In this document: positions 1 through 8,637 of the stretch, piece by piece
Numbering within the stretch: position 1 is the first letter of the stretch
Layout of the letters: the number at the start of each line of letters is the position of its first letter
Source: Spirochaetia bacterium
Lineage (GTDB): Bacteria; Spirochaetota; Spirochaetia; CAKZLE01
DNA length: 64,000 nt
Direction: 5' to 3'
NCBI GenBank assembly: GCA_963677595.1
Contig: OY782041.1
Coordinates: 3,136,001-3,200,000 of the forward strand
Position numbers and translations under genes: made by a program
Notes under the pieces: generated by a model
Database searches by the model: none
The model's input: only the letters and a program-made list of their open reading frames with translations
Told to the model about the DNA's origin: nothing

Positions 1-1309
1 AGAGTGCCCAATACGAATGCATGGCTTTCTCATTTGGTTCGTAGGAAACGATGATCTGCTTCTTTGTATCGAGGGTGAGGTTGAAATACTCACGCAGTTT
101 CTTCAAGGTCTTATCGTCAAGAACCACTCGGTCGTTCATCAGGGTATCAAGACTGGCAGCAGTTTCATGGATATGTTGCGCCAGCACCTTCCTGTCGGCC
201 CCCTGCTGTTCGGGATCGAAAAATATACAGAGTCTGAAAGGCGCAGCTTCCCGCTGTTCTCCATTCACCGTCACGGTGAATGGATAGGTTGATTCTACTC
301 CATACACCCCATGATCAGGTATCCAGTGTGCCGGTTGGGTAATCTCATCAGGATTCAGGGAGAAGATAACCTCTTTTACATCATGTGCGCTTGTTTTTGA
401 CATCAGCAGGAAACTGATCCGCTTCTTTACCAGGAGTTCTATTCCCTCCTTCGAGAGATACCCGCGATCCAGTATGAGCTGGGCATTCTTGAATCCTGCG
501 AATTCCAGTTCCTTGAGTGTGGTCCTCAGTGTCCGTGCATCTGGCATATTCCCCGGCATCCGCCGGTAATAGACCGGCATGCTCTGAGAAATATCGTAGA
601 TGAACAGCTGGTTCAACTGTGGCAGGCGATCATGTTCCTTATTGCGGCCCCAACGGGTCTCAGCAAGAGAATGGCCGTAATAGGAGTAGGTGGTTGAATC
701 TATTCCACACCATGCATCTGTGGTCATTCTCCTTCTTCTGAGAGCGAATAGCGATTGCTTGTCATCCTCACTGAGGCTCTGCGTGATTCGGGTAATACAG
801 GAGGGAGTAAGAACTTTCGGTGAAGGATACCATTCGATCTTCTGCCAAGACTCAAGATGATTGTAACAGTCATCATGCAGGATATTGTAATAGGCAAGAG
901 TTCTCATCTCTGCAGCTTTCTCTTCACCGAAGATATGAATCAGATCTTCAGTAAGCCCGCAGGACCTGGAGACTTCTTCGAACAGCATCACAGCTCCATA
1001 GAGCTGGCTAACCGACTCTCCAGTGTAGGATGGCCGGCCTGGCTTCTTGTGCACAGAAGGAGGCAACGACTGCACGTCCCAGCCCTCAGGGAAAAGCAGT
1101 GCCGTACGATCCTTCTCATCAAGGGTGAGATACCGTGCATTGGGAGTGAAGACCAGGTTGTGATCGACTGATCCCCAAATTGTCTTGGGATGCGTGTACC
1201 GCCCGGTCTTGGGGCTTTTCACCGTTTCCTGAGTAACAGCGTACCGGTAGTTTCCTGTCTTGAACAATGTAACCGGCTTTCTTCCGTCAGATCGTTTTGG
1301 TCTTGGCAT
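1..1309 (-). CDS. IS1634-family (IS4 superfamily) DDE transposase, 3' end outside the window
   Basis: Manual translation from ATG at 1309: MPRPKRSDGRKP...GIDSTTYSYYG...WGRNKEHDRLPQLN...PVYYRRMPGNMPD...LILDRGY. These are typical DDE motifs. The frame is open to the window edge, so it is absent from the ORF track. Confidence 0.85.
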   Translation of the reverse strand, partial: MPRPKRSDGRKPVTLFKTGNYRYAVTQETVKSPKTGRYTHPKTIWGSVDHNLVFTPNARYLTLDEKDRTALLFPEGWDVQSLPPSVHKKPGRPSYTGESVSQLYGAVMLFEEVSRSCGLTEDLIHIFGEEKAAEMRTLAYYNILHDDCYNHLESWQKIEWYPSPKVLTPSCITRITQSLSEDDKQSLFALRRRRMTTDAWCGIDSTTYSYYGHSLAETRWGRNKEHDRLPQLNQLFIYDISQSMPVYYRRMPGNMPDARTLRTTLKELEFAGFKNAQLILDRGYLSKEGIELLVKKRISFLLMSKTSAHDVKEVIFSLNPDEITQPAHWIPDHGVYGVESTYPFTVTVNGEQREAAPFRLCIFFDPEQQGADRKVLAQHIHETAASLDTLMNDRVVLDDKTLKKLREYFNLTLDTKKQIIVSYEPNEKAMHSYWAL

Positions 1310-1332
1310 AACACCTTCCTATATGTACTAAA

Positions 1333-1361
1333 ATATTACTACATATAGGAGGATTTGTCAA
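1333..1361 (-). promoter_or_regulatory. Transposase promoter TTGACA-N17-TAATAT overlapping an 11-bp inverted repeat (1317-1350)
   Basis: Read directly from sequence: -35 at 1356-1361, -10 at 1333-1338, arms TCCTATATGTA / TACATATAGGA. Confidence 0.75.
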
Positions 1362-1435
1362 ATGATATGTGTTTATATCTACAGGAAATAACTGCATTTT
1401 AGGCTATTTGTACTAAAATTCTGTGCAAAACTCAG

Positions 1436-1486
1436 ATTCTCAATAGTCTCTGCTCTCAGAGCTTCGGCCTGCTTTGCCATACCCAT
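1436..1486 (-). pseudogene. 5' stub of a gene interrupted by the IS (MGMAKQAEALRAETIEN...)
   Basis: AGGAGG RBS and ATG at 1486/1480. The frame runs into the IS end and stops shortly afterwards. Confidence 0.5.
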
Positions 1487-1927
1487 TTCCTCCTGTCTCT
1501 CTACAACAGGTTTATCACAGGTATAATGTCGTGTCAACAAAAACAATAACGTTTCAATAATACTATATACAGAACGCTTTCACTAAATACGATACTTTCA
1601 CCACCGTGGTGAGACCGGTATATACAGTGAAACCTTGAGGAGGAAATAAACGTAACCACTGCATAATCGGTACTTGCTTGCTGAAATGAGCGTTCCGCTA
1701 TTTCTTTATGGTTATTCCCAACACGCAGCCTTTACCTGTATCATTTTTCTCTCTGTCCAACATTATTATCTTCATACTACTCCCAACTGTAGGGAATCCG
1801 TACATCCTAACGGTAAACCCTATCTTAGAGTATCCAAAAAGTGAAATAATCACATAAAAAAGTATAAACTATAGAAAAAACGTAAAAAATATTGTATAAG
1901 GAAAGAAAAAGTGATAAAATAACGCCT

Positions 1928-3292
1928 ATGTTTATCAGATTCGTGCTGCACAATATTTATTCATTTGGGAATGAGAAAGAATTCAATATGATTCCCGCTC
2001 CTCGGTTCTCGCGGCTGAAGAGTCATAAATACCATACACAGGGAATAGACCTGCTTAAGCTGGCCTCGTTCTATGGTGCGAATGGCGCTGGGAAGTCGAA
2101 CTTCATCCGGGCCCTCATGTTTCTGCAGGATATAGTCGTTTCTGGAGACCTCCCCAGCCCGATAAAACTACGAAGGATGAAACATTTCCATTCCGGAACT
2201 GAACCCATGGTATTGGCTGTTGAGTTCATCAATCAGGATGTCCCCTATTTGTATGCTTTAGAGATTGGTGAGCAATCGGTCCTTAAGGAAGAGCTGTATA
2301 TCTCTGGATTGGGGAAGCAGGATGATACGCTTGTCTTCGAACGTGTCTCCCTGGAAAAGGGAAAGACTGCGCTGCAGGTATCCGAAGAGTTCCTTGAGAG
2401 TGAAGAAGGCCGTGTGCTGAAAGGGATCCTTGAGAACAATCTCATAAAGCAGAATAAGACCTGTCTGAAGATCATATCCGAATTGGAGAATGAGCAGCTC
2501 TCAGATGCAGGGCGGGCGTATGAGTGGTTTCAGCAGAAACTCGTGATCATCACCCCAAACGTACGTTCTGGCGGACTTGCCCATAGACTGGATAGTGATG
2601 AGGAGTTCAGGCGATATGCACAGGAGATCATGTGCTCTTTCAGTGTTGGGATCCATACACTGAGGACTGTGACGAAACCGATTGAAGAATACTTCGGGAA
2701 TGATAATAAGACAGTCATGGAAAACCTTATGGATAGATTGAGCGAATCCACACATACGGCCCTTGGTATGATGAATGACGAGGGTGAGGAGTTGGTAGTT
2801 GTCGAAGAAAATGGCGAGGTAGTCGTTAAACAGTTGAAGACCGAGCACATCACGAAGCACGGAAATCCTGTCATGTTTGACCTTTCGGAGGAATCCGATG
2901 GGTCGAGACGGTTGATGGACTATCTTCCTGCGTTCAGCGACCTGTTGAAAAGGGATGTGACCTATTTTATTGATGAGATCGAGAGAAGTATCCACCCCCT
3001 TTTAATAAAGGAACTCATTGGTAAATTCTCAGCCGACGATAAGACCGTTGGCCAGCTCATATGCACAACACATGAATCAAATCTGCTTGACCAGGCGATT
3101 TTCCGTCAGGATGAAATCTGGTTCATCGAGAAAGATAATTCAGGTAGTACCGATCTCTATGCTCTCTGTGACTTCAAGGAACACAACACGAAAGATATCA
3201 GGAAGGGATACCTTTCTGGACGGTACGGATCCATACCATTTCTCGCGAATCTGAAAGATCTGAATTGGGATGCATATGATTTTAAGAAGTAG
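1928..3292 (+). CDS. AAA_21 / RloA (AbiLi-like) ABC-type ATPase
   Basis: YGANGAGKSN Walker A, ESDGSRR signature, FIDEIERSIHP Walker B, QLICTTH, and YLSGRYGSIP C-terminus. Start placed at ATG 1928. Confidence 0.85.
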   Translation: MFIRFVLHNIYSFGNEKEFNMIPAPRFSRLKSHKYHTQGIDLLKLASFYGANGAGKSNFIRALMFLQDIVVSGDLPSPIKLRRMKHFHSGTEPMVLAVEFINQDVPYLYALEIGEQSVLKEELYISGLGKQDDTLVFERVSLEKGKTALQVSEEFLESEEGRVLKGILENNLIKQNKTCLKIISELENEQLSDAGRAYEWFQQKLVIITPNVRSGGLAHRLDSDEEFRRYAQEIMCSFSVGIHTLRTVTKPIEEYFGNDNKTVMENLMDRLSESTHTALGMMNDEGEELVVVEENGEVVVKQLKTEHITKHGNPVMFDLSEESDGSRRLMDYLPAFSDLLKRDVTYFIDEIERSIHPLLIKELIGKFSADDKTVGQLICTTHESNLLDQAIFRQDEIWFIEKDNSGSTDLYALCDFKEHNTKDIRKGYLSGRYGSIPFLANLKDLNWDAYDFKK

Positions 3293-3920
3293 GTCGTATG
3301 CTCGCAAAGAACCCGATAGAGATGCGACCCTGTATGTGATCTATTGCGAAGGGAGTAAGAGAGAACCAGGGTACTTTCATTATTTCGAAGGACTCAGTTC
3401 CAGGATCAAGCTTGAAGTGGTGAAAGCTGACTCGCAGGGGAACAATTCTCCATCAGGATTGTATCAGCAAGCATGTGAAGATATTGAAGGCTCTGGAAAG
3501 GACTCACTTTCAACATATGAGATCGGGGTGGGAGACCATGTCTGGTTCGTCATTGATACGGATGAGTGGGACGCTCATATCGACGGATTGCGGAAGGGGT
3601 GTGAAACACATATGAATTGGCATGTTGCGCAAAGCAATCCCTGTTTTGAAGTATGGCTATACTACCATATGGCATCTGAAGATGCTGGGAATATCATCCT
3701 GGATGGCTGTACAGCCTGGAAGAATTATGTGAATGCAGAAATCCCCGGCGGCTTTGACAGCAGAAAACACCCGATTCATATTGCTGATGCTATTCTCAAT
3801 GCTGAAACATATTTCAAGACAGACGAGCACGGTGTTGCTTATGGATCTACAGAAGTCTTCAAACTTGGTAAAGAACTATATCCGCTGGTCTCATCAGCTC
3901 TAGAGGAAATGAGACGCTGA
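3279..3920 (+). CDS. RloB-family (AbiLii-like TOPRIM) protein
   Basis: IYCEGSKREPGYF, VWFVIDTD and SNPCFEVWLYYH motifs; overlaps the end of the ATPase gene. Confidence 0.85.
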   Translation: MLRSRSYARKEPDRDATLYVIYCEGSKREPGYFHYFEGLSSRIKLEVVKADSQGNNSPSGLYQQACEDIEGSGKDSLSTYEIGVGDHVWFVIDTDEWDAHIDGLRKGCETHMNWHVAQSNPCFEVWLYYHMASEDAGNIILDGCTAWKNYVNAEIPGGFDSRKHPIHIADAILNAETYFKTDEHGVAYGSTEVFKLGKELYPLVSSALEEMRR

Positions 3921-4160
3921 ACAGGTAAGTCCTTGATAACTTCCATCCTCTGTTAGGCATATCTGGAGACAAATGCATAAATAAGATCTAACAGTATGGC
4001 AATTTACTTGTGTTGACTTAACACACTTGTCCGATGAGTATACTCCCTTCACATGCTACCTCTTGCAGGTACAGGAACATGGATTGCCCATCTCTCCTTT
4101 ATAGGCTATTATATCAATAAGAAGAACAATATTGATATAGCAGCCAGGAGGATACCGTAC

Positions 4161-4394
4161 ATGGTTGATGTGAACGTCTTATTGGAAACTGCCGTCAAGG
4201 AGACCGGGAACCTGAGAGAAGGGGAGAGCTTCCTGGTGAAGGACCTGTTCAAAGGGTACCTGTGGAACCGGCTTCCTAAAGGTGACCGGCTCATGCTCGG
4301 TTCCATGTTCCTGCGCTATGTCGGCATGCATGACTGCGGGGTCTCGGTGGTAGAGAAGGGGGCATCCGGGCAGCAGCGGTATCTGAAGAATTGA
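4161..4394 (+). CDS. DUF1413-like small wHTH DNA-binding protein
   Basis: FLVKDLFKGYLWNRL...LG..F...QQRY pattern; AGGAGG RBS before ATG 4161. Confidence 0.7.
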   Translation: MVDVNVLLETAVKETGNLREGESFLVKDLFKGYLWNRLPKGDRLMLGSMFLRYVGMHDCGVSVVEKGASGQQRYLKN

Positions 4395-4460
4395 TAGGAT
4401 GTAAGAAGTCCCGGTTTATAAAAACCACAATATACGGTATGGTAGAAGCGAGGTTAGACT

Positions 4461-4685
4461 ATGTTTGATAGAATAACAAGAAACCCTGATGTGCTGAACG
4501 GGCAGCCCTGTATCAGGAATCTACGCATTTCCGTGAAACGGGTCCTTGAGATCCTTGCTGTATATGAGGATAGAGCTGAACTCTTCAAAGATTACCCTGA
4601 ATTAGAGAAGCAGGACCTGAAACAGGCATTGGAATATGCTGCAGCCAGCATGGACGACAAGATAATAGATATTTTGACTGCATGA
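4461..4685 (+). CDS. DUF433 (VapB45-like) antitoxin
   Basis: RITRNPDVLNGQPCIRNLRISV...YPELE..DLKQALEYAA is the DUF433 pattern. Confidence 0.85.
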   Translation: MFDRITRNPDVLNGQPCIRNLRISVKRVLEILAVYEDRAELFKDYPELEKQDLKQALEYAAASMDDKIIDILTA

Positions 4686-5047
4686 AATTATTATGAGATC
4701 AGGGACTGCCGCGTTCTGCTGTCGCAAGATTGAAAGATAGACACATTGAATCCATCCATGTCGGTGATATTGGTATGGCTGCCGCAACTGATCTGGAGAT
4801 CATTCAAAAAGCACTTCTCGAATCTCTCGTAGTTGTCACACTTGATTCCGATTTCCATGCGATACTTGCATCCTCAGCAGGCAATAAACCATCAGTGATC
4901 CGTATCCGGATCGAGGGGTTGAGATCAGAAAGACTAGGCGAACTGATAAGTACGGTGATGAAGTCTGCTTATGATGACCTGCAAAGCGGAGCAGCTATCA
5001 GTGTAACGGAACAAGGCATCCGGGTCAGGAGACTCCCCTTAGTATAG
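4682..5047 (+). pseudogene. DUF5615 PIN-like (VapC45-like) toxin with a nonsense codon at codon 5
   Basis: ATGA overlap with the antitoxin. Reads MKLL*DQGLPRS..., with TGA at 4694-4696 in frame with the downstream D.EI...VVVTLDSDF...PSVIRIR motifs. Confidence 0.75.
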
Positions 5048-5073
5048 TTGTATCCAGTGAGATAACATGCCTC

Positions 5074-5289
5074 CTAATTCCACGTTACTTCCAGCTTCTT
5101 TTTATTCCGTGCACAATCTTCCAGGTAGAGACCTATGAGGGTCTGATAAGGTATTCCTGATTCTTCAGCCAACCCTTCGAAGTATGCAACAGTCTCATCA
5201 GCCAGTCGTATCGTGATCTGTTTCTTGAGTCTCTTCGCATATGGGTTCTTTCGGGATCGCAGGGTCGAGAAATCATATTCATCTTTCAT
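5074..5289 (-). CDS. BrnA-type RHH antitoxin
   Basis: MKDEYDFS...KNPYAKRLKKQITIRL...YF..LA...GIPYQTLI.LYL; GGAGGG RBS. Confidence 0.85.
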   Translation of the reverse strand: MKDEYDFSTLRSRKNPYAKRLKKQITIRLADETVAYFEGLAEESGIPYQTLIGLYLEDCARNKKKLEVTWN

Positions 5290-5293
5290 TTTA

Positions 5294-5338
5294 TCACCCT
5301 CCATAGGACCGTGACTCATGCAATTCGAATGGTAGCAT
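5294..5338 (-). pseudogene. Possible internally deleted BrnT toxin remnant (MLPFELHESRSYGG*)
   Basis: 14-codon ORF at the expected toxin position. It resembles a BrnT N-terminus (xFEW) joined to a BrnT C-terminus (E..Y.G*). Confidence 0.4.
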
Positions 5339-5573
5339 ACTTGTTGTATCATGATACCATACATTTGAAACAAGGGCCGTGTACGTGTACTTCGGAACGT
5401 ATAGCAGATGATTATCACAGGGAATATCCTGGGCAGTTTCGCATGTCGTTTTTTACCTTGGGGTCCAGCATGCATACCTATCAGATTGTTCCGCATTATG
5501 GGATATCCCGGATAGCAGTATGGGCCCTTCATCCCCCGTAATGTTCCTATTCCTTATGCCTGGTACGAGCAGA

Positions 5574-6926
5574 TCACAGCAATGGAGTCATATACAGGGG
5601 AAGGAAGGTGATACCCTCTTCCTGCTTCACATCTCCTGTATGCAGGACATAGGGAATATGCAGTTGCTGTGCATATTTGGTCCTGAACTTTTTCAGAGAA
5701 CTCAGTTCATAATACTTGCTTGACTTTACCTCGATTGGAGAGATGGTATGCCTGTTGCTGATCCTGCTCTTCGCAATCAGGAAATCTATCTCCATACGAG
5801 AGGAGGCATCATCACGGGATGGGTTAGCATAGAAATACAGCTTATGGCCGCTGGCTGCCAGCATCTGCGCTACGATATTCTCTATGATCATGCCCAGATT
5901 GGTCTCCAGCTTGTTGAAGAGGATTCTTTTATAGATCTCTTCACTCACTATGTCGTTCTCATCAAATGCATGACTGATGAGAAGCCCTGTGTCTGCCATA
6001 TAACATTTGAGCCTAATACGATCCATGTTGAGCCTCAAGCAGATATCAGGGGAACTGGAGTTATAACACATATTCGTGATCATAGCATCGCCAAGCCAGA
6101 ATAATGCATCTTCATAGTCCCGCATGCGAGCTTCTTTTCTCAACGATGACAGTTTGAACTTCCTGTTCTGCTTCTGAAGCTGTGCAGGGATAGCATCAAA
6201 GATCTGTAAGACCTTCATCTCATAGCCTTCAGCATGCTTCACGATGTCAGATCGGTAGAGTGCAAGAATATCCCGCTTCACCCGGTCTAGCCTGGTAAAG
6301 TCACGGGTTATCACATATGTCTCCACTGCCTGGGGCAACCCTCCCACGATAAGATACTGCCTGAAATAGTCCATGACTTTTCGATGAAGGGCTTGCCCCA
6401 GGGGTTTCACGTCTTTGAAGCATTTCCTGATGAAGTCCATCATGGTGTCATGTCCAAGAGCCCAGAGGAATTCCTCAAAGTCCATGGGAAACATGGAAAG
6501 ATGATGTTCTTCCGAAGGAATAACAATATCTTGTACATGTTTCTTTATGCTCATGAGGGAGCCGGTCTCTATATAATCATACCGACCGTCAGCCACCAGG
6601 TATTTTATCGCTGCCCGTGCTCTTGGACAGAGCTGTACCTCATCAAGGATAATCAGCGTATCTCGATCATACAGCTTTACATTGTAGTAATTTGAAAGGT
6701 ACAAGAAGAACGTCTCCAGATCGTCGGCATAGTTCCTGAAGAGATCTGTGATCTCTGTGCTGACCCGGTTGAAATCGATCATAATATAGGCTTTGTATTC
6801 AGCCTTCGCGAACTCTTCTACGATATAGCTCTTCCCTACACGCCGGGCACCCTCGATCAGCAATGCTGTTCGCCCATCTTCCTCCTGTTTCCATGCCACC
6901 ATATCTGCATATATCTTTCTTCTCAT
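5574..6926 (-). CDS. AAA_14 + DUF4143 ATPase
   Basis: EGARRVGKS, ILDEVQ, ETGS, YMADTGLL, ENIVAQ, EIDFL...PIEVKS. Confidence 0.9.
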   Translation of the reverse strand: MRRKIYADMVAWKQEEDGRTALLIEGARRVGKSYIVEEFAKAEYKAYIMIDFNRVSTEITDLFRNYADDLETFFLYLSNYYNVKLYDRDTLIILDEVQLCPRARAAIKYLVADGRYDYIETGSLMSIKKHVQDIVIPSEEHHLSMFPMDFEEFLWALGHDTMMDFIRKCFKDVKPLGQALHRKVMDYFRQYLIVGGLPQAVETYVITRDFTRLDRVKRDILALYRSDIVKHAEGYEMKVLQIFDAIPAQLQKQNRKFKLSSLRKEARMRDYEDALFWLGDAMITNMCYNSSSPDICLRLNMDRIRLKCYMADTGLLISHAFDENDIVSEEIYKRILFNKLETNLGMIIENIVAQMLAASGHKLYFYANPSRDDASSRMEIDFLIAKSRISNRHTISPIEVKSSKYYELSSLKKFRTKYAQQLHIPYVLHTGDVKQEEGITFLPLYMTPLL

Positions 6927-6950
6927 TGCGTATGGTCGACTCCTTTAATT

Positions 6951-7072
6951 CACGTTTTCAATGATTTCAAATCCAGTATACCACACGTAATCAAGAAATT
7001 CAAATTCGATAATTTACACATAATCAAAAAATACAAATTGCATTTGATACACATAATCAAGATATTCAGATG
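6951..7072. repeat. Four imperfect direct repeats with a 33-bp period over a TTGAAT-N17-TATACT promoter (minus strand)
   Basis: Units of consensus CACRTAATCAAGAAATTCAAAT start at 6951, 6984, 7017 and 7050. Confidence 0.8.
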
Positions 7073-7074
7073 GA

Positions 7075-8289
7075 CTACGAGCACCCCTCGATACCGTGAA
7101 CGAGTCGATCAAGCAGGAAATCTATGAGGTTCCTGTGGATGATCCCATTCCTCGAGCGATTGACCCTGTCAAGAGAGAGTACCAGTTTCGGGTAGTTGTC
7201 ATCGATTTGCTCCAGTACAGAGAACTCCCGCTCGATGGTCGCGGGTTCTGCAAGAAGATAGGCTACCTGGATGTACTGCTTCTCATTCGCCCTGACGGTA
7301 ATGAAATCGACCTCTTTCTCCTGGTATTTCCCGATATAGATCTCATAGCCCTTTCCCCTCAGGTGAAGGTAGACCAGATTCTCCAGGACCTGGCTGATGT
7401 CCTGCTCATTATCGAAGAAGAGGCTGCGTAACCCGAGATCATTGATGAAATACTTCTCATTAGTCTTCAGCAGTTCCTTGCCCTTGATGTCGTATCGTGG
7501 TACCCCGTGAATAAGGTACGCCTGCTTTGCTGCATCGATATACTGGTAGATCGTCTCCTTGGAGAATCTGCGGCCCTCACTCTTCAGGTATTTCGTTATC
7601 GTCCCTGCTGAAAAGGTCTGCCCGATATTATGCATGATACACCTCATGAAACGCTGCAGCAGGTCAACATTCCTGATATGATAGCGTCCGATGATATCCT
7701 TCAGGAGGATTGACTGGTACATATCAAGCAGGTGGTTCCTCCTGATGGCCTCTATCTCGAAGTGCAGGATGCCGGGAAGCCCCCCAGTCCTGAGATACCG
7801 TAAAAGTGCCTGTTCTCTCTCGTCCTTCGGATCCAGGGACAGGATCTCCATAAAGGAGAGTGGAAGTATCTCGATAGCGTAATACCTTCCTGTCAGGTAG
7901 GTCGCCAGCTCCCCAGACAGCAGACGGGAATTGGACCCGGTTATGAAGAGTTCCGCATTACCTTCCGCGTTCAGCGAATTCACGACCTTCTCGAACCCAG
8001 AGACCTCCTGGATCTCATCAAGGAACACGTAGTACCTCTCTGTATTCACCATGCGTTCCCGAATATACCGATCGAGTTCGTGGTATTCATTGATGGGTTC
8101 GTATTCCATCAACTCGAAATTCACGCTGATGATCTGGTCGACCGCGACTCCGGATGCGATCAAGGCTTCCTGAATCTGCTGCAGGAGGGTGGATTTCCCA
8201 ACCCGGCGCATGCCGGTCAGGACCTTGATGATCTGTTTCCCGGTTACTGCACGAATCTCTTTAAGATACCGTTCTCTCTGAATGATCAT
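7075..8289 (-). CDS. AAA_14 + DUF4143 ATPase
   Basis: TGMRRVGKS, FLDEIQ, ITGSNS, KYFINDLGLR, LENLVY, EVDF...YIQVAY. Confidence 0.9.
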   Translation of the reverse strand: MIIQRERYLKEIRAVTGKQIIKVLTGMRRVGKSTLLQQIQEALIASGVAVDQIISVNFELMEYEPINEYHELDRYIRERMVNTERYYVFLDEIQEVSGFEKVVNSLNAEGNAELFITGSNSRLLSGELATYLTGRYYAIEILPLSFMEILSLDPKDEREQALLRYLRTGGLPGILHFEIEAIRRNHLLDMYQSILLKDIIGRYHIRNVDLLQRFMRCIMHNIGQTFSAGTITKYLKSEGRRFSKETIYQYIDAAKQAYLIHGVPRYDIKGKELLKTNEKYFINDLGLRSLFFDNEQDISQVLENLVYLHLRGKGYEIYIGKYQEKEVDFITVRANEKQYIQVAYLLAEPATIEREFSVLEQIDDNYPKLVLSLDRVNRSRNGIIHRNLIDFLLDRLVHGIEGCS

Positions 8290-8478
8290 GGCGATGCTCC
8301 TAGAGCCATTTCATTGGCTTGAGAAGGTTGTGGTAACTCCTCTTGATAATTATATGGCATACATGTCCCGTAAACAAGACAAAAATCTAATAATTCAATA
8401 AAAAGTCTAACATACAAGACAAATATGCATGTTTGGTATGGTGAAGATACCCTATCGAACTACTGATTACAATGTTAT

Positions 8479-8513
8479 CTCCAGAAAGTATGATTACATC
8501 ATACTTTCTGGAG
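8479..8513. repeat. Perfect 16-bp inverted repeat
   Basis: CTCCAGAAAGTATGAT-tac-ATCATACTTTCTGGAG. Confidence 0.85.
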
Positions 8514-8637
8514 GTATTATTGATGGAGACAGCAGAGCTGACCAGACTGAGTTAGAAGGAAATGCGTACTATCAATCGAAGATTATGCACATGATCACAG
8601 GATCATAGTATCATTATCTGAAGCAGCTACCCAAACC

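Larger units (their letters stand above)
1..1435 (-). mobile_element. IS1634-like insertion sequence, partial; probable end at about 1435
   Basis: Transposase plus its promoter. The minus-strand sequence CTGAGTTTTGCACAG starts where an upstream reading frame stops looking protein-like. The partner end is not in the window. Confidence 0.6.

Noticed and set aside
4694-4696. TGA as selenocysteine or evidence of an alternative genetic code
   Set aside because: The position corresponds to a hydrophobic residue, and TGA terminates many other genes in the window.
5318-5335. Plus-strand MQFEW* resembling a BrnT start
   Set aside because: Wrong strand relative to brnA, stops after five codons and has no downstream similarity; probably coincidence.
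6951-7072. Periodic repeats here and at 31125-31224 as CRISPR arrays
   Set aside because: Periods of 32-33 bp leave no room for spacers, the repeats are degenerate, and no cas genes are present.
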